Notes: a model not told the origin generated them from the sequence alone. 64,000 bases of DNA from Candidatus Acidiferrales bacterium (GCA_965197305.1 CBDAMS010000013.1:1199121-1263120), one strand, 5' to 3'; shown: positions 23,463-33,130, counted from the first letter of the stretch. Numbers and translations are program-made.

Positions 23463-24179
23463 ATGCAAAGAGCACTGTCAACACTCGTGGCCCTTGCGCT
23501 CACTGCATGGCCGCTCGCGAATGCCAAGGCCGATACCAAGGAACAGGAACGCTTGCAGAATTGCGGCGCGGTGCTGGAAGATATTCTCTACGTTCCGGAT
23601 AACATTCCAATGGATCTGATGGACAAGGCCGAATGCGTCATCATCATTCCGTCGGTCATCAAGGCTGCTTTCGGAATCGGGGGCAGCTACGGCCGAGGCG
23701 CTATGACCTGCCGCAATGCCCCCAATTTCACCGGGCCGTGGGGCGCGCCGACGATGATTGCGCTGGAAGGCGGCAGCTTCGGCTTCCAAATCGGCGGCCA
23801 GGCGACGGATTTCATCGTTTTGGTGATGAACCCGCGCGGAGCCAACGCCATTCTGAGCAGCAAGGTGAAATTGGGCGCCGACGCCTCAGTCGCGGCCGGA
23901 CCCAAGGGCCGCACCGCTGAAGTTGCCACCGACTTGACCCTGCGCGCGGAGATGCTCGCTTACTCTCGCTCGCGCGGACTCTTCGCCGGCGTATCGCTGG
24001 AAGGCTCCACGCTGCGCCCGGATCACAGCGCCAATGAAGAAATCTATGGCGAGAAGTTGGATCCCAAGGACATCATTCAGAATGGCTCAGTCCCTGTGCC
24101 GGAATCCGCGCAAAAGATGGTTTCCATACTGAATAAACAATCGCCGAGGAATTTTTCTGACCCGGCTTCGTTACAGTAA
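23463..24179 (+). CDS. SYLF (Ysc84-like, DUF500) lipid-binding domain protein, secreted
   Basis: Signal peptide, then ...AECVIIIPSVIKAAFGIGGSYGRGAM...EGGSFGFQIGGQATDFIVLVMN...KVKLGADASVAAGPKGR... is typical of SYLF. A strong AGGAGG SD precedes the ATG. Confidence 0.7.
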   Translation: MQRALSTLVALALTAWPLANAKADTKEQERLQNCGAVLEDILYVPDNIPMDLMDKAECVIIIPSVIKAAFGIGGSYGRGAMTCRNAPNFTGPWGAPTMIALEGGSFGFQIGGQATDFIVLVMNPRGANAILSSKVKLGADASVAAGPKGRTAEVATDLTLRAEMLAYSRSRGLFAGVSLEGSTLRPDHSANEEIYGEKLDPKDIIQNGSVPVPESAQKMVSILNKQSPRNFSDPASLQ

Positions 24180-24285
24180 CCTCGCTCGCAGCTTGCCCTG
24201 AGCGAAGGGCGTCGTCGCGGCGCAATCGAAGCATCTTGCCCAAAGGAACCGTGTATGCGGTTCGGGGCACCAGGAGCGCCCCTGT

Positions 24286-24954
24286 TTGCCAAGATCCCTC
24301 TCGACGGCCGAACGCCCCAACTGTCCCATCTGCGCGAAGCGTAGGCCTGAGCGCTTCTGCCCAGCCAAAGGCGAAAGGATTTGCGCAATTTGCTGCGGCA
24401 CGGAGCGTGAGGTCACGCTCGATTGTCCCACCGATTGCACCTACCTCATCTCCGCGCACCGCTACGAGCAGGAACACCGCAAGTCTCTCTCCGAAAACGA
24501 GGTCCCTTTCCGCGAAACCCAGTTTTCACCCGACCTGCTCTACGACCAGCAACATTTGCTCTCCGGATTGAGTTACGCCATTATGAAGTTTTCGCGCGAG
24601 CGGCGCGATCTGATCGATCGCGATGTCCTCACTTCCCTTACGGCGCTCGCCGAGACCTACCGGACCCTGACGTCGGGAATTTATTACCAAAAGCCGCCGA
24701 GCGCGCGTCTCGCCAACGCTTTGTACGCCGCGCTGGATGACTTCATCCAGGATTACCGCAAGCAAGAGACCGAGCGCACCGGATCTCCCACACTGAAAGA
24801 TGTGGAGATTTTTCACTCGCTGGTGTTTCTGGCGCGCGTTTGCCGGACCCGCACCAACGAGCGCCCTCGTGCGCGCATCTTCCTGGAATTCCTCCGGGCG
24901 CAATTCCCTGCGGCGGAAGAACAGCCCGAACCCTCGCGCATCATTACTCCCTAA
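24286..24954 (+). CDS. hypothetical Cys-rich protein
   Basis: TTG start 9 nt after AGGAG. The N-terminus, CPICAKRRPERFCPAKGERICAICCGTEREVTLDCPTDC, has 9 Cys in 40 aa; the rest looks helical. No family recognised. Confidence 0.45.
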   Translation: MPRSLSTAERPNCPICAKRRPERFCPAKGERICAICCGTEREVTLDCPTDCTYLISAHRYEQEHRKSLSENEVPFRETQFSPDLLYDQQHLLSGLSYAIMKFSRERRDLIDRDVLTSLTALAETYRTLTSGIYYQKPPSARLANALYAALDDFIQDYRKQETERTGSPTLKDVEIFHSLVFLARVCRTRTNERPRARIFLEFLRAQFPAAEEQPEPSRIITP

Positions 24955-25409
24955 ACGCAGCCGCAGATCCGTCCACAAGCTTCAACTGCTTTGCCCCCCC
25001 CGAGTCGTTGGCGGCGGATTCCACAATCGCAGCGATTCACAATCGAGCGAGCCGGCAACAGAAAATATTCAACGTCGCGCTTGGCATCGGCTAGAGGAGA
25101 GAGGGCGGCGAGGCACGTGATGCCCTACTCGGTCGGCAGTCCGCTCCGGTGGCGTCGGAGCCGGTTGCGCGGTGTCCCGGTGGCACGGGACGGTGGGAGA
25201 GAGGGAGGGTGTGGGAAGTGTGACCATCGTGTGCCTCGCCGCTGTCGCACGTATGTTCGCTATTTGTTCGTCTCATGTCAAGAACAATCCGCATGGGCGG
25301 TGCAAAAGCGAGCTGAACCTCGTAGCGCGGCGATGTGAACTCCTTTATCGGCAGTCAATTGCCACACTTCGAGGGTGCCACGCTTCGAGTGGCGGTAACT
25401 GAGGACTTA

Positions 25410-26390
25410 TCAGTGCGTTCCGGGGGCCGCGTCAACACCAAAGGTCCAGACGAAACCTGCCAGGCCTTCCTCTGTCGTTTCGGCCAGTGCATATTCCCCC
25501 GGCTGGAGCACCTCCTCCACGGTGAAGCGATATACGCCGCGCGCGGCATCCCAGACTAGAAGAGGAACCTCATCAGCCTCACGACTCTGGATTCCGGCGG
25601 CATTCGTGCTTATCGTCAGCAGCGCTCTCTTCTTACCCTTAACCTCGGCGCGCACCAGGGAGATCCGAGGTTCACGACCACCGTAAGGGCGAAAATAGAA
25701 CTCCGGCTCACCGGAGTGGATGCGCAGTTTGGCGTGTTTTCCTTCCACCTCGATGTGGTGCTTGGTGGATATAAGCGGAATTCCGGTCAAGATTCGCGCC
25801 AAGGCGCGGCCCTTACTGACATGCGAGCTGATTTCCTCCTGCTCCATGGCAACGACTCGGTCGCCATCGACCACAAAAAGACCTTCGTCGTCGGGAAGGA
25901 AGATGCCGGGCCGGACTGGAAGGCTTTTGTCCACGTCCAGCGAGGCAGAAAGCGCAGCAGCCGCAACAGCCCTGCTCTTCTCGACGAGGGCCTTCTGTTG
26001 CGCCTCCTGTTCCGCCTCGGCTTTCTGCGTGGCCTGCCAATCCACCAGTGAAACGGGGATTTCCTCCCAGGCTGATCGCTCCACGCTGTAGTAGCGTACG
26101 CGATCGCCCTCACGGTGATATGCACGCACCAGCTGGAACGTGCCATTCGTCAGCACCAGTTTCTTGCCCCTCGGCAGTGCAGTCGGAGCGCTGGTCTGCT
26201 CCTCGTTCGGCGCCCTTGCGGCTGAATCACTTTGTACCGCATCTTGATCTTGCTGTGGCTGTGGATTTGGCCGTGGATTTGCAGGAACCTGCGCGTGCAG
26301 AAGGGCGTGACCCGCGAGAATCACCGTCACGGCCGCCACTAGAAATGGGTATTCAAAAAACCGGCGTAGTTGCGATTTGCTGCACGCCAT
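25410..26390 (-). CDS. hypothetical secreted protein
   Basis: I chose the internal ATG at 26390 (MACSKSQLRRFFEYPFLVAAVTVILAGHALLHAQ is signal-peptide-like). A Pro/Gln-rich linker is followed by a globular part. No family recognised. Confidence 0.5.
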   Translation of the reverse strand: MACSKSQLRRFFEYPFLVAAVTVILAGHALLHAQVPANPRPNPQPQQDQDAVQSDSAARAPNEEQTSAPTALPRGKKLVLTNGTFQLVRAYHREGDRVRYYSVERSAWEEIPVSLVDWQATQKAEAEQEAQQKALVEKSRAVAAAALSASLDVDKSLPVRPGIFLPDDEGLFVVDGDRVVAMEQEEISSHVSKGRALARILTGIPLISTKHHIEVEGKHAKLRIHSGEPEFYFRPYGGREPRISLVRAEVKGKKRALLTISTNAAGIQSREADEVPLLVWDAARGVYRFTVEEVLQPGEYALAETTEEGLAGFVWTFGVDAAPGTH

Positions 26391-26624
26391 GTGGTAAGCC
26401 CCAGGCCAGCGCACCGAAATACGGATCATCCAGTGCCATGCCCGACCCTGTAAGCAGTAATGCCTCGCTCCTAAGCATAGCTCTGTCCCCCAGGCTAGCG
26501 CAATCATCAGGGCCAGCCGCGCTCTGGCGAACACGGGGCGGGCCCGACAGTATGGCGAATACGAGGAATCGTCAGGCCGAAAAGTCAACCGTAAGGGACG
26601 GCGACACCGAGTAAGTCGATTGGT

Positions 26625-26846
26625 TCAGTGTTCGCAGCGGGGGCGGAGCGCAGCCACTACCATTAAGTCGGAATCGGTAAAGAGCCACTTCTCTGCATCT
26701 TTCGCAATCTTGGTGGCACTGTTTAGAAATCCGAGATGCCTGCTCTGCGCCAGATTTCGCAGGTGCTTCAGGCAGATCCCCGTTAGCCGGGAAACCTCAT
26801 CTTCGGTGAAAATCTTCTGGCTCGACCGGATGGTGCCAATACTCAT
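26625..26846 (-). CDS. small hypothetical protein, possible HTH
   Basis: The ATG at 26846 has GGAG 6 nt upstream. FTEDEVSRLTGICLKHLRNLAQ resembles a helix-turn-helix. Weak call. Confidence 0.35.
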   Translation of the reverse strand: MSIGTIRSSQKIFTEDEVSRLTGICLKHLRNLAQSRHLGFLNSATKIAKDAEKWLFTDSDLMVVAALRPRCEH

Positions 26847-27122
26847 CGTAACTCCAAGCCAACATCGTAGCTCCAAGCCGACTCCCATATCCTGAATTAA
26901 TACCCACCGTCGAGCAATAGTCCTTCCGTTCTAGTGTTTCGTTACAATCATATCTTCATCCTGCAACTATCTAGTTGGCATAACAGGGATTTAGTGTTTC
27001 ATGGCTTTTGCCTGGATGCTGGATGAGTGAATCTGGAAGGCGAAGACTCCATGGAATACAGGAGTATGTGCATGGCTTGTGGAATTTTTTCGCGATGGAA
27101 ACAGCTGTGCAGTGAATAGGGC

Positions 27123-28586
27123 TCAGACGTGCGCCCCTCCAGCCTGCTCGAAAGCGTGCGCCAGTTGAAGCAAGCGCGCCTCGCCGAACGCGGGACCGAA
27201 GATCTGCAAACCTATGGGCAACCCCTCCGGCGTCTTGCCGGAAGGGACCGAGATGCCCGGAACGCCGGCGAGCGAGCCGGTCACGGTGTAGATGTCGGCA
27301 AGGTACATGGATAGCGGGTCTGCGATCCGCTCGCCCAGCCGGAAGGGGGGAACAGGGGATGTGGGGGTGACGATCACGTCGGCCTGCTCGAACGCCCGCG
27401 CAAAATCAGAAGCGATCAGTGCCCGCACCTTCTGCGCTTTCAGATAATACGCGTCATAATATCCCGCCGAAAGCGCGTAGGTACCCAGCATGATGCGTCT
27501 CTTCACCTCGGCCCCAAACCCGCGACCCCGCGTCTGGCGGTACATCTCCATGAGCGTCGCGCCGGGCACGCGCAGTCCGTAGCGCACGCCGTCGTACCGG
27601 GCCAGGTTGGAACTGGCCTCGGCAGTGGCGATCAGGTAGTACGTGGCCACGGCGTATTCGGTGTGCGGCATGCGCAGAGGCACGCGCCGGCAGCCCAGCC
27701 GCTCAAGCAAGGCGATGCCGGCTTCGATCTTCTGCCGCACCGCGGATTCCAGTCCTTCGCCGAAGTAGTCCGTCGGAACGCCAATGCGCAGGCCATGCAC
27801 AGGTTCATCGAGTGTTTTGAGGTAGTCGCTGACCGGCACCTCGGCCGAAGTCGAGTCCATCACATCGCGGCCGGCAATGACTGCGAGTATCGCGGCGGTG
27901 TCACGCACGGTGCGTGCAAGCGGCCCGATGCGGTCGAGCGAAGAGGCGAAGGCGATCAGGCCGTACCGCGAGACGCGCCCGTAGGTGGGCATCATGCCCG
28001 GAATGCCGCAGAACGATCCCGGCTGGCGAATCGACCCGCCGGTATCGGTGCCCAGTGCCGCCACTGCCAGCCCGCCTGCAACCGCGGCAGCCGAACCTCC
28101 ACTGGAACCTCCCGGCACGCGGTCCATGGCCACTGGATTGCGAACCGGACCATAGGCGGAGTTTTCGTTCGATCCGCCCATGGCAAACTCGTCGCAGTTG
28201 GTCTTGCCCAACGTCACGGCGCCAGCGCGTTCGAGGCGCTCGACCGTCGTTGCGTCGTAGGGCGGCCGGTAACCCTCCAGAATGCGCGAAGCGCAAGTGG
28301 TGGGTACGCCACCGGTGCTCAGGACGTCCTTCACCGCCAGCGGCAGCCCGGCAAGAGCAGGCAACGGCTCGCCGCGGACTATGGCGGCGTCGAGTCGGCT
28401 GGCCTGCGCATAGGCCCGCTCGGGGCAGAGCGTCAGAAAGGCGTTCAGCTCGGGGTTGCGCGCTTCAATGCGCGCGTAAAACTCGGCCACCAGCTCCCGC
28501 GTGGAAATGCGCTTCGCGGCCAGCGCCTCACGCACAGAGGCGACGGTCCAGCGATTCCCATCTTCGCGGTTATTTTCAGGCGGCAT
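27123..28586 (-). CDS. gatA: Asp-tRNA(Asn)/Glu-tRNA(Gln) amidotransferase subunit A
   Basis: Amidase signature [12 protein letters not shown]..., ...LAVKDV..., 487 aa, directly downstream of gatC. Confidence 0.95.
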   Translation of the reverse strand: MPPENNREDGNRWTVASVREALAAKRISTRELVAEFYARIEARNPELNAFLTLCPERAYAQASRLDAAIVRGEPLPALAGLPLAVKDVLSTGGVPTTCASRILEGYRPPYDATTVERLERAGAVTLGKTNCDEFAMGGSNENSAYGPVRNPVAMDRVPGGSSGGSAAAVAGGLAVAALGTDTGGSIRQPGSFCGIPGMMPTYGRVSRYGLIAFASSLDRIGPLARTVRDTAAILAVIAGRDVMDSTSAEVPVSDYLKTLDEPVHGLRIGVPTDYFGEGLESAVRQKIEAGIALLERLGCRRVPLRMPHTEYAVATYYLIATAEASSNLARYDGVRYGLRVPGATLMEMYRQTRGRGFGAEVKRRIMLGTYALSAGYYDAYYLKAQKVRALIASDFARAFEQADVIVTPTSPVPPFRLGERIADPLSMYLADIYTVTGSLAGVPGISVPSGKTPEGLPIGLQIFGPAFGEARLLQLAHAFEQAGGAHV

Positions 28587-28625
28587 CGGATGGGTTCCTA
28601 TCGGCCCCCTGCCCAGGGATTCGGT

Positions 28626-28943
28626 TCATCGGTCGATTACCTTCGGCACGCGGAAGTAGGGAGCGTTGGCGCCGGGTGCGCGGCCGAGCACCTCATCCGC
28701 CACGTGGCAGGGAGAGGGAGTGTCCTCTCGCAGCGGCGTGCCGGCCGAGTGGCCTTTCGCTGCGGCGTCCGGCGGCAGAACTTGCGCCATGGGTTCGACG
28801 GCGCTGGTGTCCAACTCATTCAGCTTGTCAATGTAGGCAAGAATGGAGTCCAACTGGCGCGAAAACGTCTTGATCTCAGCTTCGCTGAGATCAAGATAGG
28901 CCAGTTCAGCAACGCGCAACACATCTTCCCTTGTGATCTTCAT
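28626..28943 (-). CDS. gatC: Asp-tRNA(Asn)/Glu-tRNA(Gln) amidotransferase subunit C
   Basis: MKITREDVLRVAELAYLDLSEAEIKTFSRQLDSILAYIDKLNELDT is a canonical GatC sequence. Confidence 0.85.
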   Translation of the reverse strand: MKITREDVLRVAELAYLDLSEAEIKTFSRQLDSILAYIDKLNELDTSAVEPMAQVLPPDAAAKGHSAGTPLREDTPSPCHVADEVLGRAPGANAPYFRVPKVIDR

Positions 28944-29140
28944 GGTAGAAACTCAGCTGCAAATTCTAACACGGGCCGCGAGACCGTCCCGACGCAGACG
29001 GTATTTCTCTTTTGTATTTAATTCTACAGGTACTTAAGCCCGTAAGCTTGTCCGTGGTGAGGAATCGAGAAGAGTCGAGAGGTGTCTAGTAATTGAGTGT
29101 GTTTTTTTCGAAGGGCAGGCAAAACGATTCGGACCCTGAA

Positions 29141-29180
29141 GCCGAAAAAGCCCCATCCCTGGCAGGCCAGGGGTGGGGCG
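29141..29180 (-). terminator. rho-independent terminator of the prohibitin gene
   Basis: On the minus strand: GCCCCACCCCTGG-CCTG-CCAGGGATGGGGC hairpin (29150-29179) followed by TTTTT (29145-29149). Confidence 0.6.
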
Positions 29181-29289
29181 GTCTCGTAAGCATTCACAGT
29201 GCTATTCTCTCGCCGAGGTACCCGATGTAGATGTAAGTTAAGATTGGAGCACCAAGGCCAAGGTCAAGGTGCGCCACCCTCCATCCGTG

Positions 29290-30132
29290 CTATGGCCTGA
29301 ACACGTCCAACATGGGCACCGGTCCTCCGCTGGTGACCACCGAGGGCATTACTCCATTCCATTTCTCCACAGCGATTCTCTGAACTTCGAGTTGCCGCAA
29401 TTGAATCAAATCCGGCGTGATCTGCGCTTTTTGGAGCTCCAGTCCGCGGGCCTCGGCCTCCGCCAGGGTGATTTGCTGTTGCGCCTCGAACTGCACCCTC
29501 TCCAGGGCGTTCTGTGCTTCGAGAGCTTGTTGGACCGCCGTTACCTTCGCCTCGATGGCCGCCTGGAAGGCTGCCGAAAATTGGAAGTCGGTGATGGAAA
29601 GTTGTACCACGCCGATCCCACGTGCGGTCAGCCTGTCCCTCATCTCGTCCTCCAGCGCGCTTCTCACCGCCGGTCTCTGGGTGATCAGCTCTTCAGCGTC
29701 GTAGTTCGCTGTGGTCGATTTGACAGCCTCCTGGATGAACGGCTGAATGACCCGGTTTTCATAGTCTTGCCGCATCGTGCGATAAATCTCGCCCACCTCG
29801 CCGGCCACCAGCTGATAGTTCAACGTGACTTCCGTGCTAACCACCTGTAAGTCCTTACTGGAAGAGGTGGCAGGAGCGGTATATTTCTGGATCTGCGTTG
29901 ACATCAGAACGACCTGATCCACAAACGGAATCTTGAAGTGCAGACCTTCATCGAAACTTGTTCCGGTCACGGCTCCAAACCGCAGTAAGACCCCTCGTTG
30001 TCCTGCGCCAACGATGACAGCGCTTCCCGCAATCACAATGATGACGAGAATTGCGATTGCACCCATGGAGATCCACTTCATCATCCCCTTGGGGATTTGA
30101 CTTCGGAATTCATCGAATTCGGACATGGCCAT
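29290..30132 (-). CDS. prohibitin/SPFH (band-7) family membrane protein
   Basis: N-terminal TM segment, an SPFH core (GQRGVLLRFGAVTG...GLHFKIPFVDQV...) and a C-terminal coiled-coil (AAIEAKVTAVQQALEAQNALERVQFEAQQ). Confidence 0.85.
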   Translation of the reverse strand: MAMSEFDEFRSQIPKGMMKWISMGAIAILVIIVIAGSAVIVGAGQRGVLLRFGAVTGTSFDEGLHFKIPFVDQVVLMSTQIQKYTAPATSSSKDLQVVSTEVTLNYQLVAGEVGEIYRTMRQDYENRVIQPFIQEAVKSTTANYDAEELITQRPAVRSALEDEMRDRLTARGIGVVQLSITDFQFSAAFQAAIEAKVTAVQQALEAQNALERVQFEAQQQITLAEAEARGLELQKAQITPDLIQLRQLEVQRIAVEKWNGVMPSVVTSGGPVPMLDVFRP

Positions 30133-30712
30133 TGCTGCCTCCTATTCCTTGACGCTTGACAAGCGTTCTCTCAGGTTGTTTCGGCTCGGCACCCTTTCGC
30201 TGCCACACTCACAAGAGCGGTGAGTCCTGGGTTTCAAGCCGCAGTGCAGAATACTTCCTGCCATGCGCTCTTGTACACTGTTTCCGTGTCAAGTCACTGG
30301 CACGCCAAACAGGATGCCCGCCTCATTCTACCAACTTTAGATGCCCACTGCCTAATTCCGCTGTGGATTGGGTGATGTCGGGCTGTCTGTGCAAAGTTGA
30401 AAGGTATCGATCTTCCATCCCCGGTTCAAGCATCCCCAGTTCAAGCATCCCAAAGGCGAGCAGCTCACGATCTGATTAGACCGGTCGGGCAAGCTTCCCA
30501 TGGAAAGTACTGTTGCAAAAGTTTTCATATCGAAAGAATATCGAAGGCTGCTCCGCACCTAAATCCCTGTATTGTGAGGGGTATACGAAAAGAACCAGCT
30601 CGGCATTCTCCATTGACAAGCCGACCAGCTTGTCAGTACGCTTCAGGATGCCAGTACGCTACGGTCGCCCTGACCTGCCTGATTTTTTAGTCCAGGAACA
30701 GTGAGAGGGTTT

Positions 30713-31588
30713 TTATATCACAGCCATGGGCTGTGAAGATGGATTTGCTCCCCAGTGGCTACAGGCCGCCGGGGCAGGCGGCCTGTAGCCCAACGCGCTG
30801 TGCGGGCGAACTCTGTTATACCCCCGCCGCCATCCCTCAATCAACACCTTCGCTTCCCGCAAGGTGTAAAAGATCTCTCCATTCAGAAACTCGTCTCGAA
30901 ACTTCCCGTTAAACGATTCCACATACCCGTTTTCCCAGGGGCTCGCAGGCTCGATGAACAGGGGTTTTACCCCGACCCGTTCCAGCCAGTCCCGTACCAA
31001 CCGAGCGGTGAACTCGGACCCATTATCCGAGCGAAGGTAATCGGGAACTCCCCGCTCCACAAACAAGGCTGCTAGCCGTTCCAAAACACTCATCGAACCG
31101 ACTCGCCGTTCTACGTCGATCGCCAAACACTCTCGCGTGTATTCATCCACCACCGTCAAGATCTTCAGTGGACGACCATCGTGGGTTCGATCTGCCACAA
31201 AATCGTACACCCAGACATGATCCTGCCAGCACGGTCTTAACCGAAGGCACGACCCATCGTTCAACCACAGCCGGCCTCTGCGGGGCTGTTTCTTCGGCAC
31301 TTTCAGTTCCTCCTGCCGCCAGATTCTCTCTACCCGCTTGTGGTTCACCCGCCACCCCTCCCGGCGCAACAGCGCCGTGATCCGCCGATAGCCATAACGG
31401 CCGTACTCGCCGGCTAACTGCAGCGTCCGAGTTACCAGGCTCGGTTCATCCTGTGGCGCCAAGGTTCGATGCCGTTGCGTGGATCGATTCTGTCCTACTA
31501 CCCGACACGCCCGCCGCTCCGACACCCCCATGGCTTGGCAGACATGCTTCACTGCCTGCCGCCGTCGGGGCGGGTTCAGAAGTTTCCC
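30713..31588 (-). CDS. IS3-family transposase OrfB (rve/DDE), expressed as an OrfAB fusion by -1 frameshifting
   Basis: ...YGYRRITALLRREGWRVNHKRVERIWR..., ...HVWVYDFV..., ...DNGSEFTA..., ...PWENGYVESFNGKFRDE... The long ORF 30713-31870 is the orfB frame, which happens to stay open upstream. Confidence 0.8.
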   Translation of the reverse strand, partial: GKLLNPPRRRQAVKHVCQAMGVSERRACRVVGQNRSTQRHRTLAPQDEPSLVTRTLQLAGEYGRYGYRRITALLRREGWRVNHKRVERIWRQEELKVPKKQPRRGRLWLNDGSCLRLRPCWQDHVWVYDFVADRTHDGRPLKILTVVDEYTRECLAIDVERRVGSMSVLERLAALFVERGVPDYLRSDNGSEFTARLVRDWLERVGVKPLFIEPASPWENGYVESFNGKFRDEFLNGEIFYTLREAKVLIEGWRRGYNRVRPHSALGYRPPAPAACSHWGANPSSQPMAVI

Positions 31589-31854
31589 GATGATGTCTCC
31601 TTCAGAATCGCAAGGTCCAACGCCTGATCTGCTACCAACTTCTTCAGTCGGCCATTCTCCCGTTCCAGTTCCTTCAGACGCCTCACCTGATCCACTCGTA
31701 AGCTCCCGTACTCCTTCCGCCATCGGTAATAGGTCTGCTCCGTAATTCCCAACTTCCGACAGACCCCTCCCCTTGTCTGGCCCTTGGCCAGCTCCACTTC
31801 CGCCTCTCGTAGATGTCGGATGATTTGTTCGGCTGGATATCGCTTCTTCGGCAT
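31576..31854 (-). CDS. IS3-family transposase OrfA (HTH)
   Basis: MPKKRYPAEQIIRHLREAEVELAKGQT...GITEQTYYRWRKEYG...LKELERENGRLKKLVADQALD. Confidence 0.85.
   Translation of the reverse strand: MPKKRYPAEQIIRHLREAEVELAKGQTRGGVCRKLGITEQTYYRWRKEYGSLRVDQVRRLKELERENGRLKKLVADQALDLAILKETSSGNF
31582..31588 (-). promoter_or_regulatory. putative -1 programmed ribosomal frameshift heptamer G GGA AAC
   Basis: The X XXY YYZ pattern sits exactly where the orfA (…SSGNF*) and orfB (…GKLLNP…) frames overlap. The same heptamer is at 50707-50713 in copy IS3-2. Confidence 0.5.
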
Positions 31855-31937
31855 TCCTCCCCCCTTCCATGTCCAGTCCGTACCCTAACCTCTAACTTAT
31901 CAACTGGACCGATTTAAGGGGGGCAGGTCAAGACAGG

Positions 31938-32912
31938 GTGGGCCGTTACAATCGCGGAGACCGGACGGGCGCCGGGATCACAAGTGAGGGAGAAACGGGC
32001 AAGCCGTGGCGCGGCATTGATGTAACGGCAAAGGGTAGGCATTGGGCGCACAAACATGACGAGCTAGAACGTCTCAACCGCGAGGGGAAGATTCATTGGC
32101 CGAAAAAGAAAGAAGGGATGCCACGCCTTAAGCAGTATGAAAGTGAGTCCAAGGGAGTACCGTTGCAAGACGTTTGGACAGATATCAAACCCATCCACAA
32201 TCTCTCACCAGACAGGCTCGGCTATCCCACGCAGAAGCCCCGCGATCTACTGGGGCGCATAATCAACGCGAGCAGCAACCCAGGGGATGTGGTCTTTGAC
32301 CCATTTTGCGGTTGTGGGACTACCATCTACGCAGCTGAACCGAGTAACCGAAACTGGATCGGCTGCGACATAGCAATCTTAGCTATCAAGCTGGTGCGGG
32401 ACGTCCTGAAAGAGCGGCACAACCTCACAGAAGATCATGACTTCGAGATAAACGGCGTACCAGTAAGCACGGAGCAGGCCGTTGACCTGTTCAAGCGCGA
32501 CCCGTTCCAGTTCCAGCATTGGGCGATAGAGCGAGCAGGGGGATTCCCAAGCCAGAAGAAGGTAGCCGACAAAGGCATTGACGGCCACATTTTCTTCGAG
32601 ACCGCACGAGGGCAAGAGTCAATGGTCCCTTCGGTGAAGGGTGGGACCATCCGGCCAACTGATATCCGCGACCTTCGCGGTGTCCTGGAGCGTGAAGCGT
32701 CCGTCATGACTGGCTTCATCTCTCTAAGGGAGCCGAGTACGTCCATGCAGCGGGAAGCTGCGACTGCTGGCTACTACCGATACGCCGACCAGACCTACCC
32801 GAGAATCCAACTGCTCACCATCGCAGAGATTCTGGATCAGAAACGGGGATTCGAGACACCGACCAAGATCGGCTCCAAGATCGTGAAGGGGCAGGTTTCA
32901 TTCAAGTGGTGA
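31938..32912 (+). pseudogene. 5'-truncated N4/N6 DNA methyltransferase with a C-terminal restriction-endonuclease-like domain
   Basis: Carries the AdoMet motif region GYPTQKPRDLLGRIINASSNPGDVVFDPFCGCGTTIYAAE, but the catalytic (D/S)PP(Y/F) block that precedes it in beta-class MTases is absent. The reading frame begins 7 bp from the IS3-1 end. The C-terminus has GIDGHIFF...VPSVKGG (D...xK nuclease-like). Confidence 0.7.
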
Positions 32913-33049
32913 GATGAAGAAAGAACTACCGTGCTATCTCTTTGTTGAAACGGGCGATGTAGTCCAAAAGCGTACTATTGCCGCTAGCTGGTCGAAGCGT
33001 GGGCGGAATTACATCGAGATGAATTGAAGGAAGATTGGGGCATATTGTA

Positions 33050-33130
33050 CGACTCTCCTGGCGGCAGCTCTACCGGCAGTTCGGGGTGGACGAGGCGAAG
33101 GCGAGCGATAATGTCACCGCCCAAAACTTC
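33050..33130 (+). pseudogene. short fragment of a plasmid RepA-like gene
   Basis: RLSWRQLYRQFGVDEAKASDNVTAQNF aligns with RLTWKHLYRQFGAHPAKASDNNTVQAF of ORF 44521-45225. Confidence 0.45.

Larger units (their letters stand above)
30671..31930 (-). mobile_element. IS3-family insertion sequence (copy IS3-1), apparently intact, 1260 bp
   Basis: Imperfect terminal inverted repeats: TGACCTGCC... at 30671 and ...GGCAGGTCA ending at 31930. It contains orfA/orfB with a -1 frameshift site. No matching target-site duplication seen. Confidence 0.85.
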
